A stretch of 44,396 nucleotides of DNA from Nitrospinota bacterium (GTDB lineage Bacteria; Nitrospinota_A; UBA7883). The position numbers were made by a program, and so were the translations under genes. The notes beneath the pieces were generated by a model that searched no databases, was not told the DNA's origin, and was given only the letters and a program-made list of their open reading frames with translations. Position 1 is the stretch's first letter, and each line of letters opens with the position of its first letter. The stretch spans positions 1-44,396 of the forward strand of contig JAOUPQ010000001.1 of the NCBI GenBank assembly GCA_029879765.1, in the 5' to 3' direction. This document shows, in pieces, positions 33,545 through 43,196 of the stretch.

Positions 33545-33576
33545 TCCATGGCTTTACTGCGAAGAGGTGTACGCCC

Positions 33577-34041
33577 TTGAAAATCACAGATTTCCTTCAG
33601 CCTGAAAACTGCGTGGCATCGCTGGCTTCCTCCGGAAAGGAGGAAGCCTTGCGAGAGCTGACAGAGCAAGTCCGGATCGAGGGGGAACCTTCCGATGTGG
33701 AAACCATATTCAAGGCCCTTATGGAGAGGGAAAAACTGGGGTCCACAGGCATTGGCGATGAGGTGGCCATACCCCACGCCAAAATCAAGGGCCTGCCGCC
33801 ATTGGTGGGGGCGTTTGGACGCTCCGAAAAAGGAATAGAGTATTACTCTGTGGATGACAAACCAGTGAAGTGGATATTCCTCCTGCTGGCGTCGGACAAC
33901 TCCACCGGATATCACCTAAAGGCCCTGGCCCGGATTTCCCGCCTGATGAAAAGCAAGGGATTCCGGGAAAAAATGAGCAAAGCCTACACTTCCGAGGATA
34001 TATACGCGCTGATCATGGAAGAAGACGACAAGTTGGGATAA
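33577..34041 (+). CDS. ptsN: PTS IIA-like nitrogen regulatory protein PtsN (EIIA-Ntr)
   Basis: TTG start. MEREKLGSTGIGDEVAIPHAK carries the phosphorylatable His in the canonical context. Position after rpoN-hpf is canonical. Confidence 0.9.
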   Translation: MKITDFLQPENCVASLASSGKEEALRELTEQVRIEGEPSDVETIFKALMEREKLGSTGIGDEVAIPHAKIKGLPPLVGAFGRSEKGIEYYSVDDKPVKWIFLLLASDNSTGYHLKALARISRLMKSKGFREKMSKAYTSEDIYALIMEEDDKLG

Positions 34042-34075
34042 CCGGCCTTTATACAAGAGAAAAGTACAAATAAAT

Positions 34076-34513
34076 ATGGGGAATGGTGAAGATAACAAAG
34101 CCAAGCCCACGGGCCATCTTCTGATTGCTCATGGGGCCCTGGCTGGCGAGATGCTCTCCGCCCTGGAATTCATCAGCGGCAAACGGCCAAACTACCAGGC
34201 CCTGGCCATCGACCACGCCCTGGATGTGGACAGGGCGCGACGGATTGTGGAAGACGCCGTGGACAAGCTGATGGGGCAGACCGGGGTGCTGGTGTTCACA
34301 GACTTGTTCGGCGGAGCCCCCTCCAATATCGCCCTTTCCCTGCTTGAGGAAAAGAACATCGAAATCATAGCAGGGGTGAACCTGCCCATGTTGCTCCACT
34401 CCACCACCCTGGCCGATGATATGCCTCTGGCGAAGAGGGCGCTGGTGCTTCGCGAATACGGCCGGGAGAATATCTTCATAGCCTCCGAAGTTCTTTCCGG
34501 AAAGAAAAAATGA
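34076..34513 (+). CDS. PTS EIIA component, mannose/fructose/sorbose family
   Basis: GHLLIAHGALAGEMLSALEFISG (phospho-His in IAHG), and VLVFTDLFGGAPSN, IIAGVNLPML. Confidence 0.85.
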   Translation: MGNGEDNKAKPTGHLLIAHGALAGEMLSALEFISGKRPNYQALAIDHALDVDRARRIVEDAVDKLMGQTGVLVFTDLFGGAPSNIALSLLEEKNIEIIAGVNLPMLLHSTTLADDMPLAKRALVLREYGRENIFIASEVLSGKKK

Positions 34514-34553
34514 TGAAAGGAACGCCTTGCCGATCGGGCGTTGGATCTGCGCC

Positions 34554-34829
34554 ATGACCGTGGAATCCCAGGCCAGGGTCACCCTGGTCAACAAATGGGG
34601 TCTGCACGCCCGGGCCTCTTTCCGGCTGGCGAGCATGGCGATGACCTATGAATCCCGGATCATAGTGGAAAAAGAGGGCTCCGCCGCCGACGCCAAAAAA
34701 ATGGATGAGCTGTTATTGCTTATCGCCCAGGCGGGCGACACCCTGATGATAAAAGCCATCGGCCCCGATGGGCCAGAGGCGGTGGAAAACCTGGCCAGCC
34801 TGATACAGTCCGGTTTCGCAGAAGGATAA
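34554..34829 (+). CDS. HPr/NPr family phosphocarrier protein
   Basis: The likely start ATG 34554 gives MTVESQARVTLVNKWGLHARAS (His15-equivalent in GLHARA). The C-terminus ...LIQSGFAEG resembles E. coli NPr. The tracked start 34527 adds 9 atypical residues. Confidence 0.85.
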   Translation: MTVESQARVTLVNKWGLHARASFRLASMAMTYESRIIVEKEGSAADAKKMDELLLLIAQAGDTLMIKAIGPDGPEAVENLASLIQSGFAEG

Positions 34830-34839
34830 AGGGAAAACC

Positions 34840-36633
34840 ATGAACGCGCAGGCAACCAACGGCAGGATTGTAAAAGGAATTCCCGCCTCCGCCGGGATCG
34901 CCATCGGCAAGGCCTATGTGCTGGACGAGCAATATTTCTGCGTCCTGCGTCAGTTGATAGCCCCCGAGGAGATTGAAGACGAGATCGAGCGTTTTCATGC
35001 CGCTGTGGAGTCGTCCCAGCAGGAGATAAACAACATAAGGGAAGGCGCCCTGGAGGAAATGCCGGGGGAGCTGCCTGTCATGCTTTTGAACACCCACGCC
35101 CAGATTCTCAGAGATCCGACCCTGATCCGGGAGATCGAGGAGCATATCCGCAAGGAGAAGCATAACGCCGAGTGGGCGCTGAAGACCGTGCTGGAGGAAT
35201 ATTCTTCCCGGTTCACGAAAATCCGGGATGGATACTTCCGGGATCGGCTGCTGGACATAAAAAGCGCAGTGGAAAGGCTCCAGCGGAACCTTATCCTCAG
35301 CGAAGAAGTGGACGCTTCGCTGGTGGAGCCGGTGATCCTGGTGGCCCACGACCTGACTCCGGCGGATACCTTGAAACTGGACACACGAAAAGTGCTGGGC
35401 ATCGCCACCGACGCCGGAGGAAAAACTTCCCACGCAGGCATCCTGGCCGCTTCCATGGATATCCCTGCGGTGGTGGGGTTGAAGACCCTGGCCTCCGGGG
35501 TCCGCACCGGGGACACACTGATAGTCGACGGAAGCTCGGGAATGGTGGTGAGCAACCCCAGCAGGGAGCAGTTCCTCGAGTACAACACCAAACGGCAGAA
35601 GTTCATCTATGCGGACAAGGAACTGCACGAGCAGATAGACCTGGATGCCACCACTCTCGATGGCGAAACCGTCCGGATCATGGCCAATATCGAATCCTCC
35701 AACGACCTTTCCCACCTGCAAAAACATGGCGCGGAGGGAGTTGGGCTTTTCCGGACCGAGTACCTGTTCCTGCGCAGCGCCAAGCAGCCGGGGGAGGAGG
35801 AGCAATATCAGGATTACAGGAAACTGGCGGAGTTTCTGGAAGGGAAAGAGGCGATAATACGAACCTTCGACCTGGGGGGGGACAAACTGGCCAATTTCAA
35901 CCGGGGGCAGGGGGCGGAGCAGAACCCCGCGCTGGGCCTGCGGGCGATCCGGTTCAGCCTGGCCCATGTCTCCATGTTCAAAACCCAGCTTCGGGCCATC
36001 CTTCGCGCCTCCGCCCACGGGAACATACAGATCATGTATCCGTTGATCACCACTCTGGAGGAGCTGCAACAGGCCAACTCCATCCTGGACGAGGTGAAAG
36101 AGGATTTGCGCAAAGAGGGAATACCATTCAAGGACCCGATAAGAGTGGGGATAATGATAGAGACCCCATCCTCGGTGATGATAGCCAGGGAACTGGCGGC
36201 CCATTGTGATTTTTTCTCCATTGGCACCAACGACCTGATCCAGTATGCCATGGCCATCGACAGGGTGAACGAGTGGGTGGCGTACCTGTATCAGCCTCTT
36301 TCGCCCGCCATACTGCGGATGCTGCAAATGGTCATCCGCGCCGCCGGAGAAGGGGGAGTGGATGTCTCCGTGTGTGGCAAAATGGCCGGGGATCCGGTAT
36401 ACGCCCTGCTCCTGCTCGGTTTTGGCGGCGTCCGGGAGCTTTCCATGGATCCCCATTCCATCCCAATGATGAAAAAGACTATCCGCTCTGTCCGGATGGA
36501 GGACGCCAGGAAAATGGCCTCCAGGGTTGTGGAGTTGGGATCCACAAAAGAGATCCATGATTACCTGCGCCATTCGATCAAAGAGATTCTTGGCAAGGAT
36601 CTAACCTCAGATCTTTTTGAAGATGACATCTGA
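34840..36633 (+). CDS. ptsI: phosphoenolpyruvate--protein phosphotransferase (PTS Enzyme I), no GAF domain
   Basis: Active-site His in GGKTSHAGILAASMDIPAVVG. PEP-utilising C-terminal barrel motifs: GLFRTEYLF, IMIETP, FFSIGTNDLIQY. Length of 597 aa. Confidence 0.95.
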   Translation: MNAQATNGRIVKGIPASAGIAIGKAYVLDEQYFCVLRQLIAPEEIEDEIERFHAAVESSQQEINNIREGALEEMPGELPVMLLNTHAQILRDPTLIREIEEHIRKEKHNAEWALKTVLEEYSSRFTKIRDGYFRDRLLDIKSAVERLQRNLILSEEVDASLVEPVILVAHDLTPADTLKLDTRKVLGIATDAGGKTSHAGILAASMDIPAVVGLKTLASGVRTGDTLIVDGSSGMVVSNPSREQFLEYNTKRQKFIYADKELHEQIDLDATTLDGETVRIMANIESSNDLSHLQKHGAEGVGLFRTEYLFLRSAKQPGEEEQYQDYRKLAEFLEGKEAIIRTFDLGGDKLANFNRGQGAEQNPALGLRAIRFSLAHVSMFKTQLRAILRASAHGNIQIMYPLITTLEELQQANSILDEVKEDLRKEGIPFKDPIRVGIMIETPSSVMIARELAAHCDFFSIGTNDLIQYAMAIDRVNEWVAYLYQPLSPAILRMLQMVIRAAGEGGVDVSVCGKMAGDPVYALLLLGFGGVRELSMDPHSIPMMKKTIRSVRMEDARKMASRVVELGSTKEIHDYLRHSIKEILGKDLTSDLFEDDI

Positions 36634-38230
36634 CAGATCCCCGACCGAAGATACCGAGGGACTGAAAAAACGGGTTACTAAAACCGCTGGCTTTGTGGGG
36701 CTGGCCACTTTGCTCTCCAGGATCACCGGCTTTCTCCGGGACATGGTCATAGCTCATTTCTTTGGCGCGCGGGAGGTGGCGGACGCCTTTTTCATCGCCT
36801 TCAGAATCCCCAACCTTCTGCGTCGATACACCGCCGAAGGAGCGCTCACCGCCGCCATGGTCCCGGTATTTTCAGAAAAGCTGCGCAAGGACCGTCCAGG
36901 CGCCTTTCGCCTGGGGAGAAACCTGTTGACCCTCATGACCATGGTTTTGGTGGTGGTGGTGGTCATCGGTATGGTGGCCACCTCCCTGGTGGTCATGGTG
37001 ATCGCGCCGGGATTTATGGACGACCCCAAACTGTTTGGCCTTACGGTGGATCTGACCTGGATAATGTTCCCATACATTCTGTTGATATCGCTGGCCTCGG
37101 CGCTGATGGGAATGTCCAACTCCATGGGCAGATTCTTCGTCCCCGCCACGGCGCCGGTGCTGCTCAACCTTTCGATAATATTGAGCGCATACCTGTTGCG
37201 GGATATGTTCGAACGACCTGTGATGAGCCTGGCGGCAGGAGTGCTTATCGGAGGAGTGGCGCAACTGGCGCTGCAATACTCCCAGATTGTAAAACTGGGG
37301 TTCGTATACAAGCCGCTTTTTGATTTCAAGGATAAGGATACGCTGCGGATCGGGACACTGATGATCCCGGCGGCGATCGGAATGGCCGCAGTGGAGATCA
37401 GCCTGCTCATCGACACAATCCTGGCCTCATTTCTCCCCGAGGGGAGTGTGTCCTACCTGTATTACGCCAACAGGGTGGTGCAACTGCCCATGGGGATATT
37501 CGGCGCCGCAGTCAGCCTGGCCACTCTGCCTGCCATGTCCCTGGAGGTTGACGATAATGGCGCTGTGGGCAGGCTGGTGGATATCTTCTCCCATGCGCTC
37601 CGGATCACCATGCTGGTGTCGATCCCGTCCATGGTGGGGATCATACTGCTGGCGGATCCCATCACCAACCTGCTCTTCGAACGGGGCCAGTTTGACCATG
37701 TGGCCAGGGCGGGATCTGTGTACGCCCTGGTGATGCTGGCGATCGGGTTGCCGGCTTTTTCGCTGATCCGGGTGGCGGCCAACGCCTTTTACGCCATGAA
37801 GGACACCGCCACGCCGGCCAAGGTGGCCGGATGGTGTCTGCTGCTCAAGTTCGCCACAAGCCTGGCTTTGATCGGCCCCATGGCCCATGGGGGGCTGGCT
37901 CTTTCCACCTCCCTGGCCTCCACCGCCAATATCCTCATCCTGGTCTGGCTCCTGCGCCGCCGGCTGGGCAGCATCGATGGAGGAAGGATCATCAGATCCA
38001 CCCTCAAGATGGTGGGCGCTGTGATCGTGATGGGATCGGTGACGCTGCTCTATCAATGGGCCTTCTACTCTCTTGAGGATTCCCTCCTTATAAAATCGAT
38101 ACATATGGCCCTGATGATAGGATTATCCGCCGGGGCGTACTTTGCGGCGCTGGCGATAATCGGCTGCCAGGAGATCACGGAATTCTGGGGCATGGTCCGG
38201 GGGCGACTGGCAAGGAGGAGATCCTTGTGA
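36623..38230 (+). CDS. murJ: lipid II flippase MurJ (MviN)
   Basis: LLSRITGFLRDMVIAHFFGAREVADAFFIAFRIPNLLRRYTAEGAL is the MurJ N-terminal signature. About 14 TM segments. The start (ATG 36623 or TTG 36617) overlaps the ptsI stop. Confidence 0.93.
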   Translation: MTSDRSPTEDTEGLKKRVTKTAGFVGLATLLSRITGFLRDMVIAHFFGAREVADAFFIAFRIPNLLRRYTAEGALTAAMVPVFSEKLRKDRPGAFRLGRNLLTLMTMVLVVVVVIGMVATSLVVMVIAPGFMDDPKLFGLTVDLTWIMFPYILLISLASALMGMSNSMGRFFVPATAPVLLNLSIILSAYLLRDMFERPVMSLAAGVLIGGVAQLALQYSQIVKLGFVYKPLFDFKDKDTLRIGTLMIPAAIGMAAVEISLLIDTILASFLPEGSVSYLYYANRVVQLPMGIFGAAVSLATLPAMSLEVDDNGAVGRLVDIFSHALRITMLVSIPSMVGIILLADPITNLLFERGQFDHVARAGSVYALVMLAIGLPAFSLIRVAANAFYAMKDTATPAKVAGWCLLLKFATSLALIGPMAHGGLALSTSLASTANILILVWLLRRRLGSIDGGRIIRSTLKMVGAVIVMGSVTLLYQWAFYSLEDSLLIKSIHMALMIGLSAGAYFAALAIIGCQEITEFWGMVRGRLARRRSL

Positions 38231-38676
38231 TCGCCGTGGTCCAAAGGGTGGCCCATGCCCAGGTGGAGGTGGATGGGGCTGTGGTGGGATCTATCGGGCG
38301 AGGGCTTTTGATCCTGGTGGGGGTGGCAAATGAAGATGGCGCCTCGGAGGTGGAATATCTGTGCCGCAAGATTGTGAACATGAGGATATTCGATAACGAA
38401 GAGGGCAAGTTCGACCTCTCCTTGATGGATATAAAAGGGGAAGCGCTGGTGGTCAGTCAGTTTACGCTGCTGGCCGCATGGCGCAAAGGGAGAAGACCCG
38501 GTTTCGACAATGCGGCCCCACCCCGGGAGGCGGCCGGTCTGGTGGAAATGTTCGCAAAAGAGCTGGCAACGCATGGAGTGCAAGTCAGCCGGGGAATATT
38601 TGGCGCCCATATGAAGGTCAGCCTGCTCAACGACGGACCGGTGACCTTCTGCATGGATACCAGGTCCGGAATCTAG
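38227..38676 (+). CDS. dtd: D-aminoacyl-tRNA deacylase
   Basis: GTG start overlaps the murJ stop (GTGA). MIAVVQRV...GLLILVGV...SQFTLLA...GRRPGF...AHMKVSLLNDGPVTF. Confidence 0.95.
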   Translation: MIAVVQRVAHAQVEVDGAVVGSIGRGLLILVGVANEDGASEVEYLCRKIVNMRIFDNEEGKFDLSLMDIKGEALVVSQFTLLAAWRKGRRPGFDNAAPPREAAGLVEMFAKELATHGVQVSRGIFGAHMKVSLLNDGPVTFCMDTRSGI

Positions 38677-38804
38677 AAAATGCCGATTTTGATGTTAATA
38701 CTCGGAAAAAACCATTAAAATAAGGAGTTAGACTGGTGGGATAAAGTGTACTGGAATATTTCAAGCGCCTTTTAGTTGATTCTGGTCCAAGGGAATGATA
38801 AAAA

Positions 38805-39287
38805 ATGTCTAATGAGCAAGAGCACGAGCTGTATCAGCATCTGCGGAAGGATTACTTCGGCAGGGCTCTGCTATTTCATATAGAAAAATATTTTCCCACG
38901 GACAGGGAGACTTCCAAAAGGATCCTTGTGGAGCCGGTGGACGGGTTTTTGCCCCGGCAGGTCGCCCAGGGGATCATAAACGCCATCAAGGAATCCCAGT
39001 CAAAAAACGCAGGGCACTTTGCCAACGTGTTCAACCGAAACGTGGCCCGCCACACATTCTCTTCCAACGGCCCGGACTATATCGCTTTCGCCAGCGACGG
39101 CAACATGCGTTCCATGGTCGCGTTTATCATAAAGAAGTTCGAGAAATACTACAAAGAGTTGAACGGCGCATCCAGCCGCCAGTGGCTGGTGAACCATATC
39201 GTCAGCACACCATCGTTTTCTTCCATGCAAAGAGAGCTTACCGAGCAGGAGGTGGATCTTTTGATGGAGAATATTTTCAAGATATAG
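38805..39287 (+). CDS. hypothetical protein (160 aa), orphan
   Basis: ORF flanked by AT-rich non-coding DNA. No signal peptide or TM and no motif recognised. It looks less GC-rich than its neighbours by eye. Confidence 0.5.
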   Translation: MSNEQEHELYQHLRKDYFGRALLFHIEKYFPTDRETSKRILVEPVDGFLPRQVAQGIINAIKESQSKNAGHFANVFNRNVARHTFSSNGPDYIAFASDGNMRSMVAFIIKKFEKYYKELNGASSRQWLVNHIVSTPSFSSMQRELTEQEVDLLMENIFKI

Positions 39288-39364
39288 CAGGCCTCCTCTT
39301 GAAGACCGCCTGCGCCGGGCGCGATCCGGATGGACAAAGCTCCACGTCATGCTCTATCAACCCG

Positions 39365-40501
39365 CTAGGATAGGGATTCTTCCCCTTCTTTATCCGGGCC
39401 CGGGTCGCTCTTCTTTTCATCAGGTTCCGCGCCCTCCACTTTCTCATGAAAACCCAGACGCTCCTTGCGTTCTTCATATTGGGAGTGGCTCAGAACATCC
39501 AGCCCCCAGCCGGTGATCCGCTGGGCCATTTGTATGTTGACCCCCTTTTTGCCTATGGCGGGGGAGAGCTGGCTTTCAGGCGCCACCACGCAAGCTTTTC
39601 GGATTCCCGCAATGGGGATGACCATCAGGTCTCGGGCGGGGGTGAGCGCCCGCTTGATAAGCACGGCGGGGTCGTCGCTGTATTCAAACACGTCTATCTT
39701 CTCGCCGGAAAGCTCCTGCACGATGGGCTGGATGCGGCCCCCGCGCACGCCCACGCAAGAACCCACAGGGTCCACTCCCTGTTTCCGGCTGCGCACAGCC
39801 ACCTTGCTCCGGCCGGTGCGGTCCCGGACAATATCCACGATCTCCACCTGTCCATCCGCCACTTCGGGCGACTCTATGGTCAAAAGCCTGCGAAGCAGGG
39901 GAGGGCGGTTGCGCGACACTATGGCGATCGGCTCCTTTTTTCCCCTCTCGGCGCCTATGATGAGCAGCTTGATTCTTTTCCCCCGTTCAATCCGGTCCAG
40001 ATCCAGTTGCTCCTCCTTTGGCAAAATCGCATCGGCCACGTCTATTTCGAACAGATAGCCATCCCCGGCGCGCTTGACCATTTTGCCGGAAGTCACTTCA
40101 CCCTCCCTGTTTTTCAGTTGGGCGTAGATCCTGTCCAGTTCCAGCTCCTTCCCCTTCTTATGGATCATCTGGCGCACGGACTGGGCGGCGATCCTGCCCA
40201 GGCCTTCCATCTGGATCTGGCGACGGAACATTTCCCCCAGCATGGAGGAGGGGTTATAGTCGAGGGCCTCCTCCAGGGAAATCTCCACATTACTGTCGGT
40301 GGCTTCTTCTTTGATTTCCAAAAGCTCGAACAGGTCGAACTCTCCTCTGTCCGTATTAAAACTTGCGGCCAGGTTCTGCTTGCCCAGGCGCTTTGCGGCG
40401 GCGGCGGTCACAGCTTCCTCGATAATGTGGATCAGATCCTCTATCTTGATGGCCTTTTCGTCCGCCACCATTTTCAGCGCGTTGATTAGTTCGGAAGTCA
40501 T
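39365..40501 (-). CDS. nusA: transcription termination/antitermination factor NusA (short form without AR1/AR2)
   Basis: N-terminal domain (LINALKMVADEKAIKIEDLIHIIEEAV), S1 domain (GEVTSGKMVKRAGDGYLFEI), KH1/KH2 (RTGRSKVAVRS...DPVGSCVGVRGGRIQPIVQELSGEKIDV). Downstream of rimP with an ATGA-type overlap. Confidence 0.95.
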   Translation of the reverse strand: MTSELINALKMVADEKAIKIEDLIHIIEEAVTAAAAKRLGKQNLAASFNTDRGEFDLFELLEIKEEATDSNVEISLEEALDYNPSSMLGEMFRRQIQMEGLGRIAAQSVRQMIHKKGKELELDRIYAQLKNREGEVTSGKMVKRAGDGYLFEIDVADAILPKEEQLDLDRIERGKRIKLLIIGAERGKKEPIAIVSRNRPPLLRRLLTIESPEVADGQVEIVDIVRDRTGRSKVAVRSRKQGVDPVGSCVGVRGGRIQPIVQELSGEKIDVFEYSDDPAVLIKRALTPARDLMVIPIAGIRKACVVAPESQLSPAIGKKGVNIQMAQRITGWGLDVLSHSQYEERKERLGFHEKVEGAEPDEKKSDPGPDKEGEESLS

Positions 40502-40971
40502 ATACCAGGCTCAATTTCCAGATTCGCTTTTTTTATATCCGTCATCGCCAGGGTGATAAGCTCGCCGGTCTTCAGCCGCAGCGCCACTTTTCCCTCTTCG
40601 GCAGTTTCTATAATTCCAACAAACTTGCCCCCTGCGCCGCCAGGACCCCCCGCGCGGGAGGTCACTGCGGCCAGCTTTCCCTGAGCTTTTTGAAAATCGG
40701 AAGGCTTTTTCAAAGCCCGGGTGAGCCCGGGAGAGGAGACTTCCAGAGTGTATGCTCCGGGGATCACATCTTCGGTATCCAGCAGGAATCCGAGTTGCCG
40801 GGACACATTGGCGCAATCCTCCACCCCCACTCCCCCATTTTTATCAATATAAACCCGGAGAATGGACGAACCCTTCCCCATCTTTAGCTCCAGGTCAAAC
40901 AGGCTGCATCCTTCCGCCCGAGCCACAGGCTCCGCCAGCGCAATCAGTTTTTCTATAACAGTAGATTCCAC
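40498..40971 (-). CDS. rimP: ribosome maturation factor RimP
   Basis: IEKLIALAEPVARAEGCSLFDLELKMGKGSSILRVYIDKNGGVGVEDCANVSRQLGFLLD...YTLEVSSPGLTRAL. The tracked ORF runs to ATG 41103 and adds 44 atypical residues. GTG 40971 (VESTVIEKL...) gives a canonical ~157-aa RimP. Confidence 0.86.
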   Translation of the reverse strand: MESTVIEKLIALAEPVARAEGCSLFDLELKMGKGSSILRVYIDKNGGVGVEDCANVSRQLGFLLDTEDVIPGAYTLEVSSPGLTRALKKPSDFQKAQGKLAAVTSRAGGPGGAGGKFVGIIETAEEGKVALRLKTGELITLAMTDIKKANLEIEPGI

Positions 40972-41178
40972 GGGTGATCTTTCCCCGAAAAGGTCAGACA
41001 AAAATTTCCCATCGGTTTTTTCAGGGCTTAGGTAATTATCACATAACCCGAACCGGGGCGCCAGATTTATCCCCCCGGCGGGAGCCTGGCCATAATAAAA
41101 CATCCTTGTGAAACCCGGGATTTACACAGGGAGCACAACAGGGTAACCTATACGATCATTTTCTGGGAGACTTTTTAA

Positions 41179-42369
41179 GTGACACAACCGGATACTAACG
41201 GACATTTCGGCGTTTTCGGCGGCCAGTATGTCATAGAGACCCTGATGCCCGCCCTCAAGCAACTGGATACGGAATACGAGAGGGCCATGAAGTCCCCCAA
41301 GTTCCACAAGCGGCTGGAGCGATATCACTCCACATATATCGGTCGGCCCACTCCGCTGTACTTTGCCGAGAGCCTGACCAAAGCCGTGGGGGGCGCCAGG
41401 ATATACCTCAAGCGCGAGGACCTGACCCACACCGGCGCCCACAAGATAAACAACACCATAGGGCAGGGGCTGCTGGCCCTGGCCATGAAGAAAAAACGGA
41501 TCATCGCCGAAACCGGCGCCGGACAGCATGGTGTGGCCACCGCCACCGCCGCAGCCCTGATGGGGCTGAAGTGTGATGTCTTCATGGGGGCGCGGGATAT
41601 GGAACGCCAGGCCCTCAACGTCTTCCGCATGCGGCTTCTGGGCGCCAGGGTCATCAAGGTGGAAAGCGGAACCCAGACCCTGAAGGACGCCACCAGCGAG
41701 GCGATTCGCGACTGGATCGGCTCCGTCAAGGACACTCACTACATAATCGGCTCGGTAGTGGGGCCCCATCCCTTCCCGAAGATCGTCCGCGACTTCCAGA
41801 GCGTCATAGGCCACGAGGCCAAGTTTCAGATCATGGTGAAGGAGGGCCGCTTGCCGGATCTGCTGATCGCTTGCGTGGGGGGTGGTTCGAACTCCATGGG
41901 GCTGTTCCACCCATTCCATCACGACGAAGAAGTGGCCATGGTGGGGGTGGAGGCGGCGGGCCTGGGCATATCCACCGGCCATCACGGCGCTCCCCTGGCC
42001 AAAGGCAAGGTCGGCACTCTCCATGGCTCCAAGAGCTATGTCATGCTGGACAAGGATGGCCAGGTGATGGAGACCCACTCCATCAGCGCCGGGCTGGACT
42101 ACCCCGGCGTGGGCCCGGAGCACGCGTGGTATCGGGACACCGGCCGCGCCGAATATGCGGCGGTGACAGACAAGGAGGCCCTGGCCGCGTTTGAAAAACT
42201 TTCCCGGCTGGAGGGGATCATTCCCGCGCTGGAATCGGCCCATGCCATCGCCCATGCCATGAAGGCTGGGGCGAAAATGAAAAAGAACCAGGTGATCATA
42301 GTCTGTCTTTCCGGTCGGGGAGACAAAGACGTGGTCACTGCCCAGCGCGCGCTGGGATACGAGGAGTAA
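41179..42369 (+). CDS. trpB: tryptophan synthase beta chain
   Basis: GTG start. [16 protein letters not shown] (PLP Lys), [23 protein letters not shown]. Confidence 0.97.
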   Translation: MTQPDTNGHFGVFGGQYVIETLMPALKQLDTEYERAMKSPKFHKRLERYHSTYIGRPTPLYFAESLTKAVGGARIYLKREDLTHTGAHKINNTIGQGLLALAMKKKRIIAETGAGQHGVATATAAALMGLKCDVFMGARDMERQALNVFRMRLLGARVIKVESGTQTLKDATSEAIRDWIGSVKDTHYIIGSVVGPHPFPKIVRDFQSVIGHEAKFQIMVKEGRLPDLLIACVGGGSNSMGLFHPFHHDEEVAMVGVEAAGLGISTGHHGAPLAKGKVGTLHGSKSYVMLDKDGQVMETHSISAGLDYPGVGPEHAWYRDTGRAEYAAVTDKEALAAFEKLSRLEGIIPALESAHAIAHAMKAGAKMKKNQVIIVCLSGRGDKDVVTAQRALGYEE

Positions 42370-42375
42370 GCCGCC

Positions 42376-43176
42376 ATGAGCAGGATAACGGACACAATGA
42401 ATAAACTGCGCACGGAGCGCAAAAGCGCCCTGGCCATTTTTCTCACCGGCGGCGATCCTTCCATAAGCGCCTCGAAAAACCTGATTTTGGCCGCGGCGAA
42501 AGCTGGCGCTGATATCATAGAGATCGGCATTCCCTTTTCCGATCCTCTGGCGGATGGACCGGTGATCCAGCGCTCGTTTCTGCGGGCCATCAAGGCGGGA
42601 GCCAATGTGACCGCCATACTGAAACTGGTGGAATCTGTGCGCAAGGAGATCGAAACCCCGATCGTGTTCATGGTGGCCACCACCCTGGTGATAAACCACG
42701 GGGTGGGCAAGTTCATGAAAGACTCCGCCAAAGCCGGGGTGGATGGGATCATCCTGCCGGACGCCCCGCCGGAGGAGGCGGATGAGTTTATCCCCGCCGC
42801 CCGCGCCGCCGGGCTGGACACCATCTTCCTGGCCGCCCCCACTTCCACTCCACAGCGGCTCAAGTCAGTGGCCAGGCTCTGCACCGGATTTATGTATTAC
42901 ATCAACGTAAGCGGAGTCACGGGGGACAAGTCCGCCACTGTGGCGGATGTGGGCGCCCAGATTCGCAAGGCCAAAAAAGTGTCCAAGGCGCCGGTGATGG
43001 CGGGGTTCGGAGTGAAGACCCCGGAGCAGGCCAAAGCGCTGTCCAAAGTGGCCGATGGAGTGATCATCGGCTCGGCTGCCGTGGATATCGTCGCTTCGGC
43101 GAAAAATCAATCCGCCGCCCCGGAAGCCCTGGCCAGATATATACGTTCTGTCCGCAAAGCGATGGATAGCCATTAG
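42376..43176 (+). CDS. trpA: tryptophan synthase alpha chain
   Basis: GADIIEIGIPFSDPLADGPVIQ, YYINVSGVTG, AGFGV...VADGVIIGSA. Lies 6 nt downstream of trpB. Confidence 0.95.
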   Translation: MSRITDTMNKLRTERKSALAIFLTGGDPSISASKNLILAAAKAGADIIEIGIPFSDPLADGPVIQRSFLRAIKAGANVTAILKLVESVRKEIETPIVFMVATTLVINHGVGKFMKDSAKAGVDGIILPDAPPEEADEFIPAARAAGLDTIFLAAPTSTPQRLKSVARLCTGFMYYINVSGVTGDKSATVADVGAQIRKAKKVSKAPVMAGFGVKTPEQAKALSKVADGVIIGSAAVDIVASAKNQSAAPEALARYIRSVRKAMDSH

Positions 43177-43196
43177 CCCGCAGTCCGGCTTGTTGT

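Noticed and set aside
34720-36573. 617-aa minus-strand ORF, and the 345-aa alternative + frame ORF (35172-36209), within ptsI
   Set aside because: Enzyme I motifs (phospho-His loop, PEP-binding barrel) identify the true frame. The alternatives are Gly/Arg/Pro/His-rich shadows.
39446-42884. Antisense ORFs opposite nusA (39446-40489 +) and trpB/trpA (41122-42699 -, 42099-42884 -)
   Set aside because: They lie opposite highly conserved housekeeping genes. No motifs, and typical GC-rich shadow composition.
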